DNA from: Blepharisma stoltei ATCC 30299
Taxonomy: Eukaryota; Protista; Ciliophora
Direction of reading: 5' to 3'
Length of the DNA: 64,000 nucleotides
Assembly (NCBI GenBank): GCA_965603825.1
Contig: CBFDEM010000040.1
Span: 1-64,000 of the forward strand
Below the pieces are notes generated by a model. That model worked only from the letters and a program-made list of their open reading frames with translations, searched no databases and had not been told where the DNA came from. Shown here piece after piece: positions 23,977 to 35,773 of the stretch; positions within the stretch are counted from its first letter, which is position 1; each line of letters begins with the position of its first letter. The translations under genes and the position numbers were made by a program.

Positions 23977-24645
23977 ATGGGAATCCTTCCATCAAAAATC
24001 GATAGATCTAGTGTAACATTCCAAAGCGAATTGGCATTTGAAGGAAGCTTAGACGTCCAATTCCCTTCAATCCTCGACAATGCAGAGCGGTCTTTTAGTT
24101 TTGACGAGAAAGATTGAGTCCATTGCAAGTTCAAACTTCAAGGCTCAACCCTCGAATGCAGCGCGTCAGGTGAGATGATTGAAACTGTTCTCCTCGATAA
24201 AAACTTCGAAGTCTTAAATGAACAAGGTAACTCGTTAATTTTCACAGTAAAATTTGTAACAAAAGATAACACATCACAGCAGTGAAAACTGAGGGCCAGC
24301 TCAGCGGATGAGTTCTTGAAATGAACCTCTTTTGTCAAGCAATCACTGCGGGCGGAGTGGTCTTTGAAAGACTCTTGCGAATGCTGCAAATCCAAATTTG
24401 GTGTTTTCACACGTCGACATCATTGCCGAGCTTGTGGCCGGTCAGTTTGCTCTGATTGCTCACCGATTATGACCACGCTTCCACATCTTGGATATTCTGC
24501 GCTCGTCAGAGTCTGCAAGACCTGTGGAGACATGCTTGCGCATAAGCGTAAAGGTCCACAAGAAGGCAATTCACCGAATTATACACAGAGTAAGAGAGGG
24601 AACTCACCAACTAAGCAAAATAAGGCTAAAACTAATTATAAATAA
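23977..24645 (+). CDS. PH-like + FYVE zinc-finger protein
   Basis: Open with TGA=Trp. PH-like end WKLRASSADEFLKW; FYVE CECC..FGVFTRRHHCRACGRSVCSDCS..RVCKTC. Confidence 0.88.
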
Positions 24646-24921
24646 TCAATTTTACACAGATCAAGATTCCTTGCATATTGTAAAAGTGCTTGAAGGGCTC
24701 TTGTTACTTCCATTTACATTTTATGAATTGTCTATATTTCATTTTTTCGAATTGAAAAGAAAGGAGATTTTAATAATTAAAATAATTGAAACATAGGAAT
24801 AAGGAAGTGAAGCAGAAAATAGGTATTTTTCAGTGAATTTCGTGAAGCTTCAAGCTTAAAGCTTGGCAAACAACTAATATTTAAATTTTGAAGCAACAAG
24901 AACTATTTTGAAAGATTCCTG

Positions 24922-26244
24922 TTAAATGTAAAGGCCTTCTGGTATGTTCCCTTTCTTCTTATAAAGTACTTTTTCCTTGCTCTTCAAGAAGTCTTCCTGA
25001 CACACCTGCATTCTTCTTTCTCTCAGTGCAAGCATGCCTGCTTCAGTACAAATCGCTTTAATATCAGCTCCGCTAAGCTCGTCTTTAGCCATAATAAAAG
25101 CTTCTAAATCGACGTCACTGGCCAGCGACATCTTTGTTGTGTGAACTTGGAAGATTTTTCTTTTAGTTTTGATGTCAGGCATTGTAAACTCAATTTTCCT
25201 ATCAATTCTACCGGGCCTAATTAAAGCTGGGTCAAGAGTTTCAATTCTGTTAGTCGCTAAAATGACTTTTACGTCTGTTTTTGAGTCAAACCCGTCCAAT
25301 TGGTTTAGTAGCTCAAGCATAGTCCTTTGGATTTCTCTTTCCCCTCCAGAATTGCTATCATATCTTTTGGTCCCGACTGCATCAATTTCATCAATAAACA
25401 CAATTGAAGGCGCATGCTCTTCTGCTACTCTGAAAAGCTCTCTTACAAGTTTTGGCCCTTCTCCTAGGTATTTTTGAATAAGCTCAGACCCAGTGACCCT
25501 TAAAAATGTGGCTGAGGTTTCATTTGCAACTGCCTTGGCGAGTAAAGTTTTCCCAGTGCCTGGCTCTCCATACAATATGACTCCTTTGGGTGGCTTGATT
25601 CCAATATCTTCATACAATTCAGGATGAGTCAAAGGCAGCTCCACAGCTTCTTTGATTTCTTGGATTTGAGCTTCAAGCCCTCCAATATCGGCATAGCTTT
25701 CTAGTGGTGCCTTTTCTACCTTCATCACGCTCACAAGTGGGTCTACTTCATCCTGCAGGATCCCGACAACACTATGAGACTTGTGATGGAGAAGGACACT
25801 TGAGCCTGGCTCGAGTTGGTCTTTATCGACTATAGAAAGGACCGAGACATAATATTCTGGGCCGACTGAAGTGGACACAATGGCGTGGTTTTCGTCAATG
25901 AATTCTTCAAGTGAGCCTACTGACAAAGGTGATCCTCTGAGTTCGTCAACTTTGGCACGCTCTTCTTCCTTTTTTTCGGCCTGTGGGCGGAGGATTTCTT
26001 GGTTTTTTATGAACTCTTGTTCCAGGATGAGATAGTCTTTGATTCTTTCAAGCCTCAGCTGCTTAAGTCTGCATTTCAAAGAAGGCGTCACAGTGGGAAG
26101 CTTGGCGGCTCCTTCTGTGCCACGGACTTTTTTCTTTTTACCGACTCGGGCTGGGATTCTTTGTTCTTGACGACGCTTTTTGTACTCTTCTTTTCTGTTT
26201 TCGTTTCCTTGTTGATCACCTCCGCCAGGTGGTAAATTTCCCAT
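24922..26244 (-). CDS. PSMC1: 26S proteasome AAA-ATPase subunit Rpt2 (subunit 4)
   Basis: [43 protein letters not shown]-terminal PEGLYI. Confidence 0.97.
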   Translation of the reverse strand: MGNLPPGGGDQQGNENRKEEYKKRRQEQRIPARVGKKKKVRGTEGAAKLPTVTPSLKCRLKQLRLERIKDYLILEQEFIKNQEILRPQAEKKEEERAKVDELRGSPLSVGSLEEFIDENHAIVSTSVGPEYYVSVLSIVDKDQLEPGSSVLLHHKSHSVVGILQDEVDPLVSVMKVEKAPLESYADIGGLEAQIQEIKEAVELPLTHPELYEDIGIKPPKGVILYGEPGTGKTLLAKAVANETSATFLRVTGSELIQKYLGEGPKLVRELFRVAEEHAPSIVFIDEIDAVGTKRYDSNSGGEREIQRTMLELLNQLDGFDSKTDVKVILATNRIETLDPALIRPGRIDRKIEFTMPDIKTKRKIFQVHTTKMSLASDVDLEAFIMAKDELSGADIKAICTEAGMLALRERRMQVCQEDFLKSKEKVLYKKKGNIPEGLYI

Positions 26245-26463
26245 TTAATAAATATAGGAATAAAATGATGAAGGGATTATCAGGAATAGGTATCAATTGG
26301 TAGCTTATCATCATGAAAGAAAGAATAATTTCTGAATCAGAACTTTAATAAGCGCAGATGATAAAGATTTTAAAAGTAATTTAAGAGTAAATAAAGGGGA
26401 AAATGCTGTCTTGTGGAGTTAAGAGGGTCTTTATCAAAGCTAAACCCTTCTTAAAATATTTAA

Positions 26464-27411
26464 ATGTTTGCGCCATTATCAAGAAATTCAATTTCTCAAA
26501 TTCAAGGAAAAGAAAAGCTTCCTCTGCCTTTAGTCTTTCAAATAATTTCAGTCATCCCAACTTCTCAAAACTGCACAAAGTATTATTTATTTAGACTTTC
26601 AATATCAGATGGCATAGACTACCTAAATGCTCTTATTTCAAATACCCGTCTTCAACCAGCGTCTTCAAGCCACTCAGTCACAGAGCTTTCTCTCATAAAA
26701 ATTCACGACTACGCACTACAAAATGGCAATTTTGAAAATAAAAACAGGCAGCTTCTGATCCTTTTGGAAATTGAATTTATCCAGCAGCTTGATTTCATAG
26801 TGGGGAACCCAAAAGCTCTTCCTTTGGCCAAGGTGGAAAACGAAGAAATAATTGACCCAAAGCCAAGCATAAGTTCTGCAGTTACAGCTGAAAATACTCC
26901 GTATGATTGTCATAATGAAGAAAACGACCAATTGTTTAATATAAATTCATTCACAATCCTGCAATGTAAACAGTGTAAAAACGTATTGACACATTCAGGG
27001 TATTGGTTTGAAGGAATGGTTTTTAGTTTTATGTTGAATGTTACAGAAGGGGAAACTGGAATTTCCAATCACAATACAATGCAGAAAATCAGTTGCCTTT
27101 GTGGAGCTGATATAGGATTTAAATATATTGCTTCTGAGCGAAAACTAGTTGACAAATATTTAATTTACGACAACTCAATATCCAGACAGAACTTCCCAAG
27201 CTTCAAAGAAAAAACAGTCACAACACATGAAGTGATTGTAAAGAGCCAAGAAGTCGGATTCCTTTTAGAAACGCTTGGAAAAGAAGAACTGGCTGTAAAA
27301 GCATTTCAAGATATTTCTCGGAAGTTCCAAGCAAGGCTTGAATTTGTTGAAGAAGCAGTTAAGAAAATAGAAAAAGGGATAGCGAGGGTCTACAAGAAGG
27401 TTTTTAAATAA
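26464..27411 (+). CDS. RPA70-N-like OB fold + Yippee/Mis18-like Zn domain + C-terminal coiled coil
   Basis: aa 1-118: LS..SI..I, LVFQIISV, FRLSISDG, LIKIHDY, LLILLEIEFI, VGNP (RPA70N pattern). aa ~165-242: LQCKQCKNVL...ISCLCGADIGFKY...KYLI (Yippee/Mis18 pattern). Confidence 0.7.
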   Translation: MFAPLSRNSISQIQGKEKLPLPLVFQIISVIPTSQNCTKYYLFRLSISDGIDYLNALISNTRLQPASSSHSVTELSLIKIHDYALQNGNFENKNRQLLILLEIEFIQQLDFIVGNPKALPLAKVENEEIIDPKPSISSAVTAENTPYDCHNEENDQLFNINSFTILQCKQCKNVLTHSGYWFEGMVFSFMLNVTEGETGISNHNTMQKISCLCGADIGFKYIASERKLVDKYLIYDNSISRQNFPSFKEKTVTTHEVIVKSQEVGFLLETLGKEELAVKAFQDISRKFQARLEFVEEAVKKIEKGIARVYKKVFK

Positions 27412-27483
27412 TTAATAAATTTTGAAATTAAAAAGCAAAGTTTTATTCCTCAGTACGCTGATTAACTATTTATTTTGTCATTT

Positions 27484-27840
27484 CTAAGTGTTATTCGCAT
27501 GAAGCTCTTCTTCAGAAGCCTCAGCATTTTCCATCGGCAACTCATCCACCAATTCTTCATCAGAGTCCCCAGAGTAAGAAGGTGACCTTAACCCTTGGTC
27601 TCTTTTTCTGAACTGCAAGTAATTTTCAATCTCAGCGTCAAGACTTTCACTATTATCAGACGAGCTCTCAATTTCAATCGTTCGAATCATGATATTTCTT
27701 TCTTCATTATCTTGGACTTTTTCTTCTTCGCTGTCAGAAGTTTGTGTTTGCTTAGCTCTTTTTTCAGGCTCCTGAACCTCACTTTCTTCAGGTCTGTTTG
27801 GGCGTTTATTTGGAAGATTTTCTTCATTTTCATTTGACAT
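27484..27840 (-). CDS. Small acidic low-complexity hypothetical protein
   Basis: 118-aa ATG..TAG ORF, E/S-rich with basic NLS-like patches. Confidence 0.6.
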   Translation of the reverse strand: MSNENEENLPNKRPNRPEESEVQEPEKRAKQTQTSDSEEEKVQDNEERNIMIRTIEIESSSDNSESLDAEIENYLQFRKRDQGLRSPSYSGDSDEELVDELPMENAEASEEELHANNT

Positions 27841-27924
27841 TTTGTATTAATTATATTTGTGTGGCAATTTTACTGCATAAGGTCTTCTGCATTAATAGGC
27901 TTCTTAAAATTCTAAATCCTCATT

Positions 27925-29400
27925 ATGAATAAACTTCCAAATTTAACTCTTTCGAGTATCCAAAGACCTCGCAGTATAGAGCCATCAAGCAGGAACCTCA
28001 ATAGTTCAGCCACTTATAGAAGACTGCATCTGATGATAAGGGATAGGGATACATCACGCTTCCTAGACCTCTCTTACCTGACTCCTACAAATATGAATTC
28101 ATCAAGCGATCCGTTTGACATATCAGCACAATTAAAAACTCTCCACAAAACTTTTAACCAGACGACAGACAAAACTAGCCGAAGACAAAAAACACTAAAA
28201 GCTCTAACATCTGAACTGGCGTATTTAAAGCAAGTTGAAACAGATAGGAGTCTCCAAATTGAGCAATTCAAAGCTAAATCCAAAGAACTTTCTAATAAAA
28301 TTAAAAAGATTCAGGAACAGGTTTTTGCAGAAGAAGATAACTTAAACACTTATTTTCATATGCAGCAAAGGATGCTTGAGACCATACGGCTCCTTGATCT
28401 CCAGAGATCTTTTATAAGAAAAAATTTAGAATTGCAAAAATTGTCTTTAAGCTCCAAAAAGTTCGAGAATTTGAAAAAAAGAGAAGACAAAATGCGTACA
28501 AAATTTGTATTGGAAAAGCTGAGGGCTGAAGTAAAGCTTCAGAAGACAGATAGAATAATAGAGATTGGGAAACTCGATAGAGATTTGAGAGAAAAACATC
28601 AAATTTTAGAAGAAACTGAAAAGAGAAGAGAGCATAATAGTTTTTTATTGGAGCACTCAATTGTGAAAGCTATTGCGGATAGCGATGAAGAATTGAGGGA
28701 GTCTGTATTATTTCATAAGTTTTGGGACCAATTCTTGACGAATTATTTTGAAAAGGAAAAAAAGAAGAATAAAAAGCTGGAATCAGCATTTAGAAAAATT
28801 AGGATGGCGACTGGAGTTACTGATATCAGGGAGATTGTTGATAGACTTATACATAAAAAAGATGAAAATACAGAATTAGCTGCCGAAATTGCCCAAAAAG
28901 AAAAAGAATGCAATTATTATGAAAAGAAAATAGAAATGATATCTAAAGGAGTAGCAGCAATTGATGCGTCTCCAAAAAATTCTTTGATTCCGCTTAGTGG
29001 TAGCCAACAATTGCAAGAAGTAAGAAAAGAACTAGAAGAATTATTAAAGAAGAAAAAAGAACTTTTATCCTGCTCATCTAAAATAAAACTTTGATCTGAT
29101 AAAATGAGACAGAGAATGAAAAGCCTAAAAAATAGTGAATCAGCTGAAAAAATTGCTGATTCTTCGCTTAAGACAAATTTTGAAAGCTTAAAAAATCTTT
29201 CAGTCGAAATCCTTTCCAATTTTTCAAAAAATTCCCCGCTAAAAACCGATGATGCCAGAGTAGACACCGTTAAGTTCAAGCAAAAGATGTTCAAAAAGAA
29301 ATTCAAAAAGCTAATTTCAGATGAATCCAATAATATTCTCAGTGATCTGGCAATGCGCAGAGATTCAGGAGAGGTTACAGTAAAATCAAATAGACCATAA
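27925..29400 (+). CDS. Coiled-coil protein resembling outer dynein arm docking complex subunits
   Basis: Long heptad-rich ORF with LESAFRKIRMATGVTDIREIVDRLI, reminiscent of ODA-DC family proteins. Continues through TGA 29092. Confidence 0.55.
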
Positions 29401-29415
29401 TGCTATAAAACTTGA

Positions 29416-31311
29416 TTATAATATTTCTGATAGTGAAATTAATATTTTTATTATGGTAAATCTATAAAGAATGCCTCAAGCTCACGGAGGGTTAACTTTA
29501 TATCTGCCAAAGTTTTCACTGATAGCTCCAAGTATCTCTAGAAAACTAATGAAGCAAGGAGGCTCCACATCAAGTCTTTTTGTCAGGGCACTAATTTGTT
29601 CTGTTGCAAAGATTAAAGGCTTATTTTCCAATGTTAGGAAAACTTTCTTAATAGTGGCTGCTGCATCAAGCACTCCACCTTTTCGCTTTTTGGGTAGCCT
29701 GCAGTGCTTAAGAAAGCCAAGCTCTGAAATCTTTTGTCGCATTTCTGATAATTGAACTTCAAATTTTTGGTTGCTTTCATGTATTCTCATTTCTTTTTCT
29801 TTATTTTTTGCTTTAGATTCAGGCTTTTGGTGGGATTTTTGATGATTTTTTGTGCATTCATTTTTAACCCATAGATTTTCAGGAATCTTATCATAATATT
29901 CCACATTCATAGAGGGTAAATTAATGCTTGTGTAGGCTAAGTTCAGTTTATTTTCATGAGGAGCTGGATCTTTTTTCTTTTCATTATAAATCATTTTAAG
30001 AGCAAAATAAGCAGACGAAACTCTTGTTGTTTCGAAAAAAGTCTCATAGTAATGTTTAGTCACTCTTTGATGAAAATATTCTGCCCATTTAATAAATACT
30101 GACAGTTTCACCGCTTTTCTCTCTTCAGGGGAAATTTCTTCATCCTCTGCATCAGTCTCTTCAGTCTTTATGATTTCCTCTTTTTTTTCTAATTCTCCTT
30201 CTTTTTCTCCTTCATTCCCAATGTCCACTAAATTATATTTATACAAATAATTCACTGTCTCATTTAAATTTTCCAGTGAAATATCCCCATTTTCTTTCAA
30301 TTTTTTTAAGCTTGCTATTTCTTCAAAATAAAGTTTCTTCAAGTATTTGGAATGCAGCGGAATCGGTGACGGTAGTTTGTGGCCAGGAGTTGCAATAGGC
30401 TTTCTGTTAGTAGGATTTTGCAACAAAGGATATGCCACTACTAAAGGGTCGTTTTCATGAATCCCTGGCAGACTAATAATAACTTTATAAAGGACTGTGT
30501 TTCCTTTTGCATCAGTGGTCCCATTCAACTTGATTGTTTTTTTGCTTCTTTCTATACTTTCATACTCATCTCCTAAATACTCCACAGCATTTTCATCGTT
30601 CCTCTTAAGTGTAATCTTAAAGCACATCTGTCTAATTAATCCTACACTTTGAAGTTTCCATACAATTCTCAGTACTGTTTTCTTATCAAGGCATCATTTT
30701 GCATTCGGCTCCAGCTCAGTTTTTATCATTTCTTTCATCTCGTAAATAGAACTCACTTTCAACGTCTGGATACGGGAAACCACGAATAATGCTCTTATAA
30801 AAGTTTGATGTGTAACTCTTTGACGATTTGTGGGGCGCTTTTCTGCTTTCAAATTGACTTCAATAGCATCAAGGATAGCTTTGCCGTGCTCAACTTCAGC
30901 TTTTTTGATTTCTTCAAGGATTTCTGGGTTAACCTGGGTAATGTATTCCTCGTCTTCTCTAAGAGCTTCTTGTGTCTGTTCTTCCTTGTGGTAGATATGA
31001 TATTTGTGGACAAAGACTCTTCCGTATCGGTGGGCTGTCGCCTTTATGTCTTCGTGCTTGCTAACCATTTCGTCAAGCACTTTTGCGCAGGTTTTTGTGT
31101 TAAGGCAGAGTTTCTTAGATACTTCTTGAACGGTGAGGCCACCCTGATCAGCTGACTGCAAAGTTGTGTATATTTGATGTCTCAAAGGAATTCCAACGGC
31201 AATTCCTGCATTTTCCCTTAAAAATTGCATTTTTGCTTGTGCACCTATAAGAGTGGCATTTCCTTGTGGAAAATACTTCTCAGCCTTGGGTCGATTCTCA
31301 CACTCTTCCAT
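29416..31311 (-). CDS. Winged-helix protein resembling the middle of the TFIIIC large subunit (GTF3C1/Tfc3)
   Basis: PLRHQIYTTLQSADQGGLTVQEVSKKL...HRYGRVFVHKY and LDKKTVLRIVWKLQSVGLI. Same frame through TGAs to TAA 29418-29416. Confidence 0.55.
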
Positions 31312-31905
31312 TTTTAAGAGATAATGATAAATAATTTCTGAGGATAAAAATTAGATAATTAGATAAGAGTGTAATTTTGGAAGAATAAATCTAATTTTTA
31401 CATTCTTTTACCAAGAATCAAGAATATAGGATATTTATCAGACATATTTATATATCGATTTTCTAATTAAATTTTCAAATTTAAATCTAAAATGTTGTTT
31501 GAATTTATATTAAGTATGTTTAAATATAGTGAAACATTTAAGAAAAACAGTCATTAGAATAAATAATTTTTTAGTTAACCGTTTAAACTGCTTCAATTAA
31601 CTTTTTTTACCTTTTATTGCGATAGGATTCTCAATATAATCTGATTGTCTTAGTATTTTGTAAAATCCTAATTATATTTTTAATATATAAAAAGTTTACA
31701 GTCAGTTAACAGTTTTATGAAATACTTTTAGTATAAATATTTTTGATAAGTGTTACTTTTAAAATTAAATATTGGCAGGGCCAATATTCATCTGTTTTAC
31801 TGCGAATTTCTTATCATTGCCTAAAATCAATTTTTCCTCTTTGAATCTTCATAACGCATGTTATGAAGAATCCAAATTAACGACATTATTTTTCAAATAT
31901 AAAAA

Positions 31906-32823
31906 ATGAATCGATCTTTCATAGCATCAGATGAAAATTCAAATCGTTTTCACACCAAAAGAACCAGGACAACCACTCCCGTTCCTCACAGACAGCCTTT
32001 GCAGCCCCTCACCTCTTCATTCAACTCATTAAGTAGCACAACTGATGACCTAAACCCTCTTCAGCTTGGATACTATGCTCCAGAAATTTATGAAAACTTA
32101 TTTAATTCAGAATGCAGTTTCCTCGCAAACCCAGAATATATGAATTTTCATACTGACATTAATTACAAAATGAGGGCAATTCTTATCGACTGGCTTGTAA
32201 GTGTGCATCTTAAATTCAAATTTTCCCCTGAAACGCTTTATTTAACAGTCAATATAATCGACAGATATCTTGAAAAGAAAAAAATAAAAAAACAATTTTT
32301 ACAGCTCGCTGGGGTTTCTGCATTCCTTATAGCAAGTAAATATGAAGACATCAGCCCACCAGCCATTTCAGACTTGGTATATGTGACTGACAAAGCCTAC
32401 ACAAAGGAACAAATTGTGGAGATGGAAGAAGATATCCTCGTCACAATCGAATACCAATTGGTGGTCCCGTCATCTTGGAGATTCTTTGAAAGACTTTCCA
32501 AGATCACACAAATGGAAGAAACTGATATCCATTTCGGAAGATTCTTATTAGAGCTTTGTCTTGTTGAATACCACATGCTAAGATATAGACCCTCAGTTAT
32601 AGCTGCTTCAGCTGTATATTTGACCAGAAAAATGTTCAAAGTCGAGCCTGCATGGACACAGAACTTGCAGAGAATTTCTAGAGTTGACGAAAACCAGCTC
32701 CGAGACTGTTCTAGGGACATTTTAGTAGTATTCCAAGCTGCTTCAATACATACTTTAACTGGCGTAAAAGACAAGTTTTCACGAAAAGAGTACTTAGAAG
32801 TGGCCAAGATTCGAACTTCTTAA
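31906..32823 (+). CDS. Mitotic A/B-type cyclin
   Basis: Cyclin box MRAILIDWLV, ETLYLTVNIIDRYL, IASKYEDI; putative D-box RQPLQPL. Confidence 0.95.
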   Translation: MNRSFIASDENSNRFHTKRTRTTTPVPHRQPLQPLTSSFNSLSSTTDDLNPLQLGYYAPEIYENLFNSECSFLANPEYMNFHTDINYKMRAILIDWLVSVHLKFKFSPETLYLTVNIIDRYLEKKKIKKQFLQLAGVSAFLIASKYEDISPPAISDLVYVTDKAYTKEQIVEMEEDILVTIEYQLVVPSSWRFFERLSKITQMEETDIHFGRFLLELCLVEYHMLRYRPSVIAASAVYLTRKMFKVEPAWTQNLQRISRVDENQLRDCSRDILVVFQAASIHTLTGVKDKFSRKEYLEVAKIRTS

Positions 32824-32860
32824 TTTTAAATTAAGTTTAAATTTTGATTCAGTAAGAAAA

Positions 32861-33649
32861 ATGGGGCAAAATGTGTCAAGTCTTTGCCATTCATGCATGA
32901 CTAAGCCACGAGAAGACGAACTGTTGCTAATTTCTAATGACCCACCTGAGAACGTAAAAAAAGATGAAATTGTGAATGGGTTCAATTTGGCCCATGTCAA
33001 TGAAAAGTTAGAAGAGGCAGAAAAAGAGTACTTAGAAATGATTCGCGAAGGACTTGACGGTGGTAACTGCATAGTTGAAATTGACAAGCCTGACGTAAAA
33101 GTCTCAGGAAAAGAAACAGAAAAAGGTTATGTCGTAAAGTACCAATTTTGCATGCCATTTACACCTGATGAGTTTTTCAATCTCGTAGACTTTCCAGCAA
33201 AGAAAGCTAAGTGAGATAGTTCTGTAAAGCTAAGTGAAGAAGTCATGAAAACTGATAATTTTTCAGCTGTACACACCATTTACAAAGGGGCGTTTCCGAT
33301 TTCTGCCAGAGATGTGCTCTTGGTATGCAGAAAGTTCAAGGACGGGAAAAACTGATGTGATTTGTCGACAAGTGTAGAAAGTGAGAATTATCCTGTTGAC
33401 AAAGATGTTGTAAGGATGCAGATTTTTGCAGGAGGGTATTATTTAGAGCCGATGGAAAAAGATGAGAATGGGAATATTACGAAGGTGACAAGTGTGTCAC
33501 ATATTAATGTTGGGCTACCACCAGCGATGTCTAAAGCGGTGAGGAAGTTTGCTACTTCGCAAATTCCGAAGTTTGGGAAAAATCTTATTAAAGCGATTGA
33601 GAAAGAAAAAGAAGAGACTCAAAATAAAGATAATAGCCAGCATCCCTAA
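32861..33649 (+). CDS. START lipid-transfer domain protein with an acylation-type N-terminus (MGQ...CHSC)
   Basis: AKW(TGA)DSS, FPISARDVLL, STSVESENYP..DVVRM, GGYYLEP. Confidence 0.85.
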
Positions 33650-33730
33650 AATTTTATTTTATATATAAACTTTTCATTGAAATTCTAAAACCATAATTTT
33701 TTTTTAAAACTGGAATTTTAAGTTAAAAAG

Positions 33731-33735
33731 TGACT

Positions 33736-33766
<31 letters not shown>

Positions 33767-33810
33767 ATAGCGCCTAAAGCTACCGCCTTAGACCACTCGG
33801 CCAAACAATC
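33731..33810 (-). tRNA. tRNA-Leu(UAG)
   Basis: GATTGTTTGGCCGAGTGGTCTAAGGCGGTAGCTT-TAG-GCGCTATTCCGAAAGGGCGTGGGTTCAAATCCCACAGCAGTCA: A and B boxes, variable arm, downstream T-run. Confidence 0.95.
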
Positions 33811-33863
33811 ATCTATAAATATTACTTTGAAGTTCTCTATTTATTGAATCCTGAATTTAGTTT

Positions 33864-35732
33864 TTATTCAAATAAATAATGATAGTTATAAATTAAAGAG
33901 TATATAAAATCTTCATCTTCAATGAATTTTATATGGGCTCTTCTTCCTATGAACTCATTAAAGCTAGCTTCTTTTACAAAGTCGATTTCAATTTTAATAA
34001 TTTTTCTAATATCGTCGATTCTCCCTACTATATTTCGCACCATTTCTCCATACTTTTTTTGGCCATTTAAAGGAATTTCTATTCTTGCAGAATGAAAAGG
34101 GCAATACAGGTCTTGTCTGGAACTTATTAAAACTACAAAATTAAATCATCCTAGCCCTTCAGCTTGTGATAGCTGGTAAAAGTATGTGTTTTCAATAGAT
34201 TTTGAGTCTTTTAATGACAACTGCTCTAAAGATTTTGATTTATTTCAAGCCCTAATAAGTTTAAAACCTGTGCTAATTAAAGACTGATGTTCGGCGACGC
34301 CTAAATGTGGGGCTGACAAAGAAATATAAGAATGGAACTTAGCCTGATAAGATCCTAAATAAGGAAGCGCTGCCCTAATAAAAATTCCTCCAAGACTATG
34401 CCCTACAAAAGAAATTTTTATTTCGTCAGTAAAATAAGAATTTTCAAAAAAATCAATTAATTCTGATGCAAGCTTGGCCCCAATTTGTCCAATATCGTCA
34501 AAAGTTTTATCAGCTCCTAAGTCGAAATGCTTGATTTCTATATATGGGTAAGCCATAGTGACCATATTTGACAGCTTAGCCATATCAGCTGAGGAAGCTC
34601 CTAAGCCATGGACAAAGATTAGCACGTGTAAATGTTCTTGTTTTAAATAGTGTGTTGGGGTAATTATAAGTGAATGCTCAATAATAATCACGTTTAGCTT
34701 TCAGCAGCTTTGATCAATTATTCGGTTTCTGAACTCAATGCTGTTTTTACGTAAATTTTCTATGTCTTTTGCAAGTCTTACAGCCTCTTCTGGGATATCG
34801 AAGTCAAAATTTAATTCAAATTTTTTGATTGTCCGGCTAGTAATGAATTCTTGAAAGTTTAATAGGTATTTTGATTTGAGGATATTAATTATATTTCCTG
34901 GCGATTGTAATAGAGTGGCCTGAAATTGTCTGAACCCTTCATTACAAGCGCTGCTCATATCATTCAAGCATTCTAAAATTTCTTGTAAAATGATTTCATA
35001 GTCTTGAGCATCAGATTCCTGTATATTTTCCTTGGACTCTATGCTAGACTTTGATACCAGAACAAAAATTTCATTAATTTCTTTTATTGTTGAAAATAGA
35101 ATATCAAAAAGCTGCTTTTTTTTATGCAAAATATCTTCATGACTAATATTTTGATTTTTTTTCTCTCAAAAAATAGCCTTTATCAAATCATTTTTTTCTC
35201 AAGAATTAATTTTATACCCAATTGGAGACACTGATAAAACCCCTTCCATAAAGCACACTCAAAAATTTTCAAAAATTATTGGAATATATTCAATTGCCGC
35301 ATAATTTTCTATGCTGATCTTAAATTCGCTTGATTTTATAATTTCTCCATCAGAAAAACTGCTATAAGCTACCAAATCGCACATTAAATAAATTTCTTTA
35401 ACTAGTAAAGTGTTTTTTGCTTTCACATTTAATTGAAATTTGCATACATCTCTCAAAAAATAAGTCATATTTTCATAGCCCACTTTAACCGAATTCAGCC
35501 TAATTTTGTTTTCCTCTGGAATTATTTTTCCTAATAAATATTCAGGTTTCTTTTTTTTAGAAGCCTGCTTGGTATTATAGGTCCCATAATAAATTGGCTC
35601 TGCAAAGATTTTGGTTCCTCTTTTTATATAATAGCAAGACAAAACCAGCTGATAATTCCCAGCCCCTGGCAAGCCCAAACTTCTAAAGGAATGCAGATAA
35701 AGCTCAATGTCAGTTGTAAATGTGAGCGCCAT
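33864..35732 (-). CDS. FAM135-like / DUF676 alpha-beta hydrolase (putative lipase)
   Basis: Three track ORFs plus a C-terminal extension share one frame. IELYLHSFR, FVHGLG, SFVGHSLGG, LSAPHLG, QDLYCPFHSARI, IGRRAHI. Confidence 0.88.
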
Positions 35733-35773
35733 TTATTGACTCAGCTTCTTCAATTTAATAAGCCTATTTTTAA

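Noticed and set aside
33731-33810. Amber suppressor tRNA
   Set aside because: The anticodon itself is UAG (reads CUA, Leu); an amber suppressor would have anticodon CUA.
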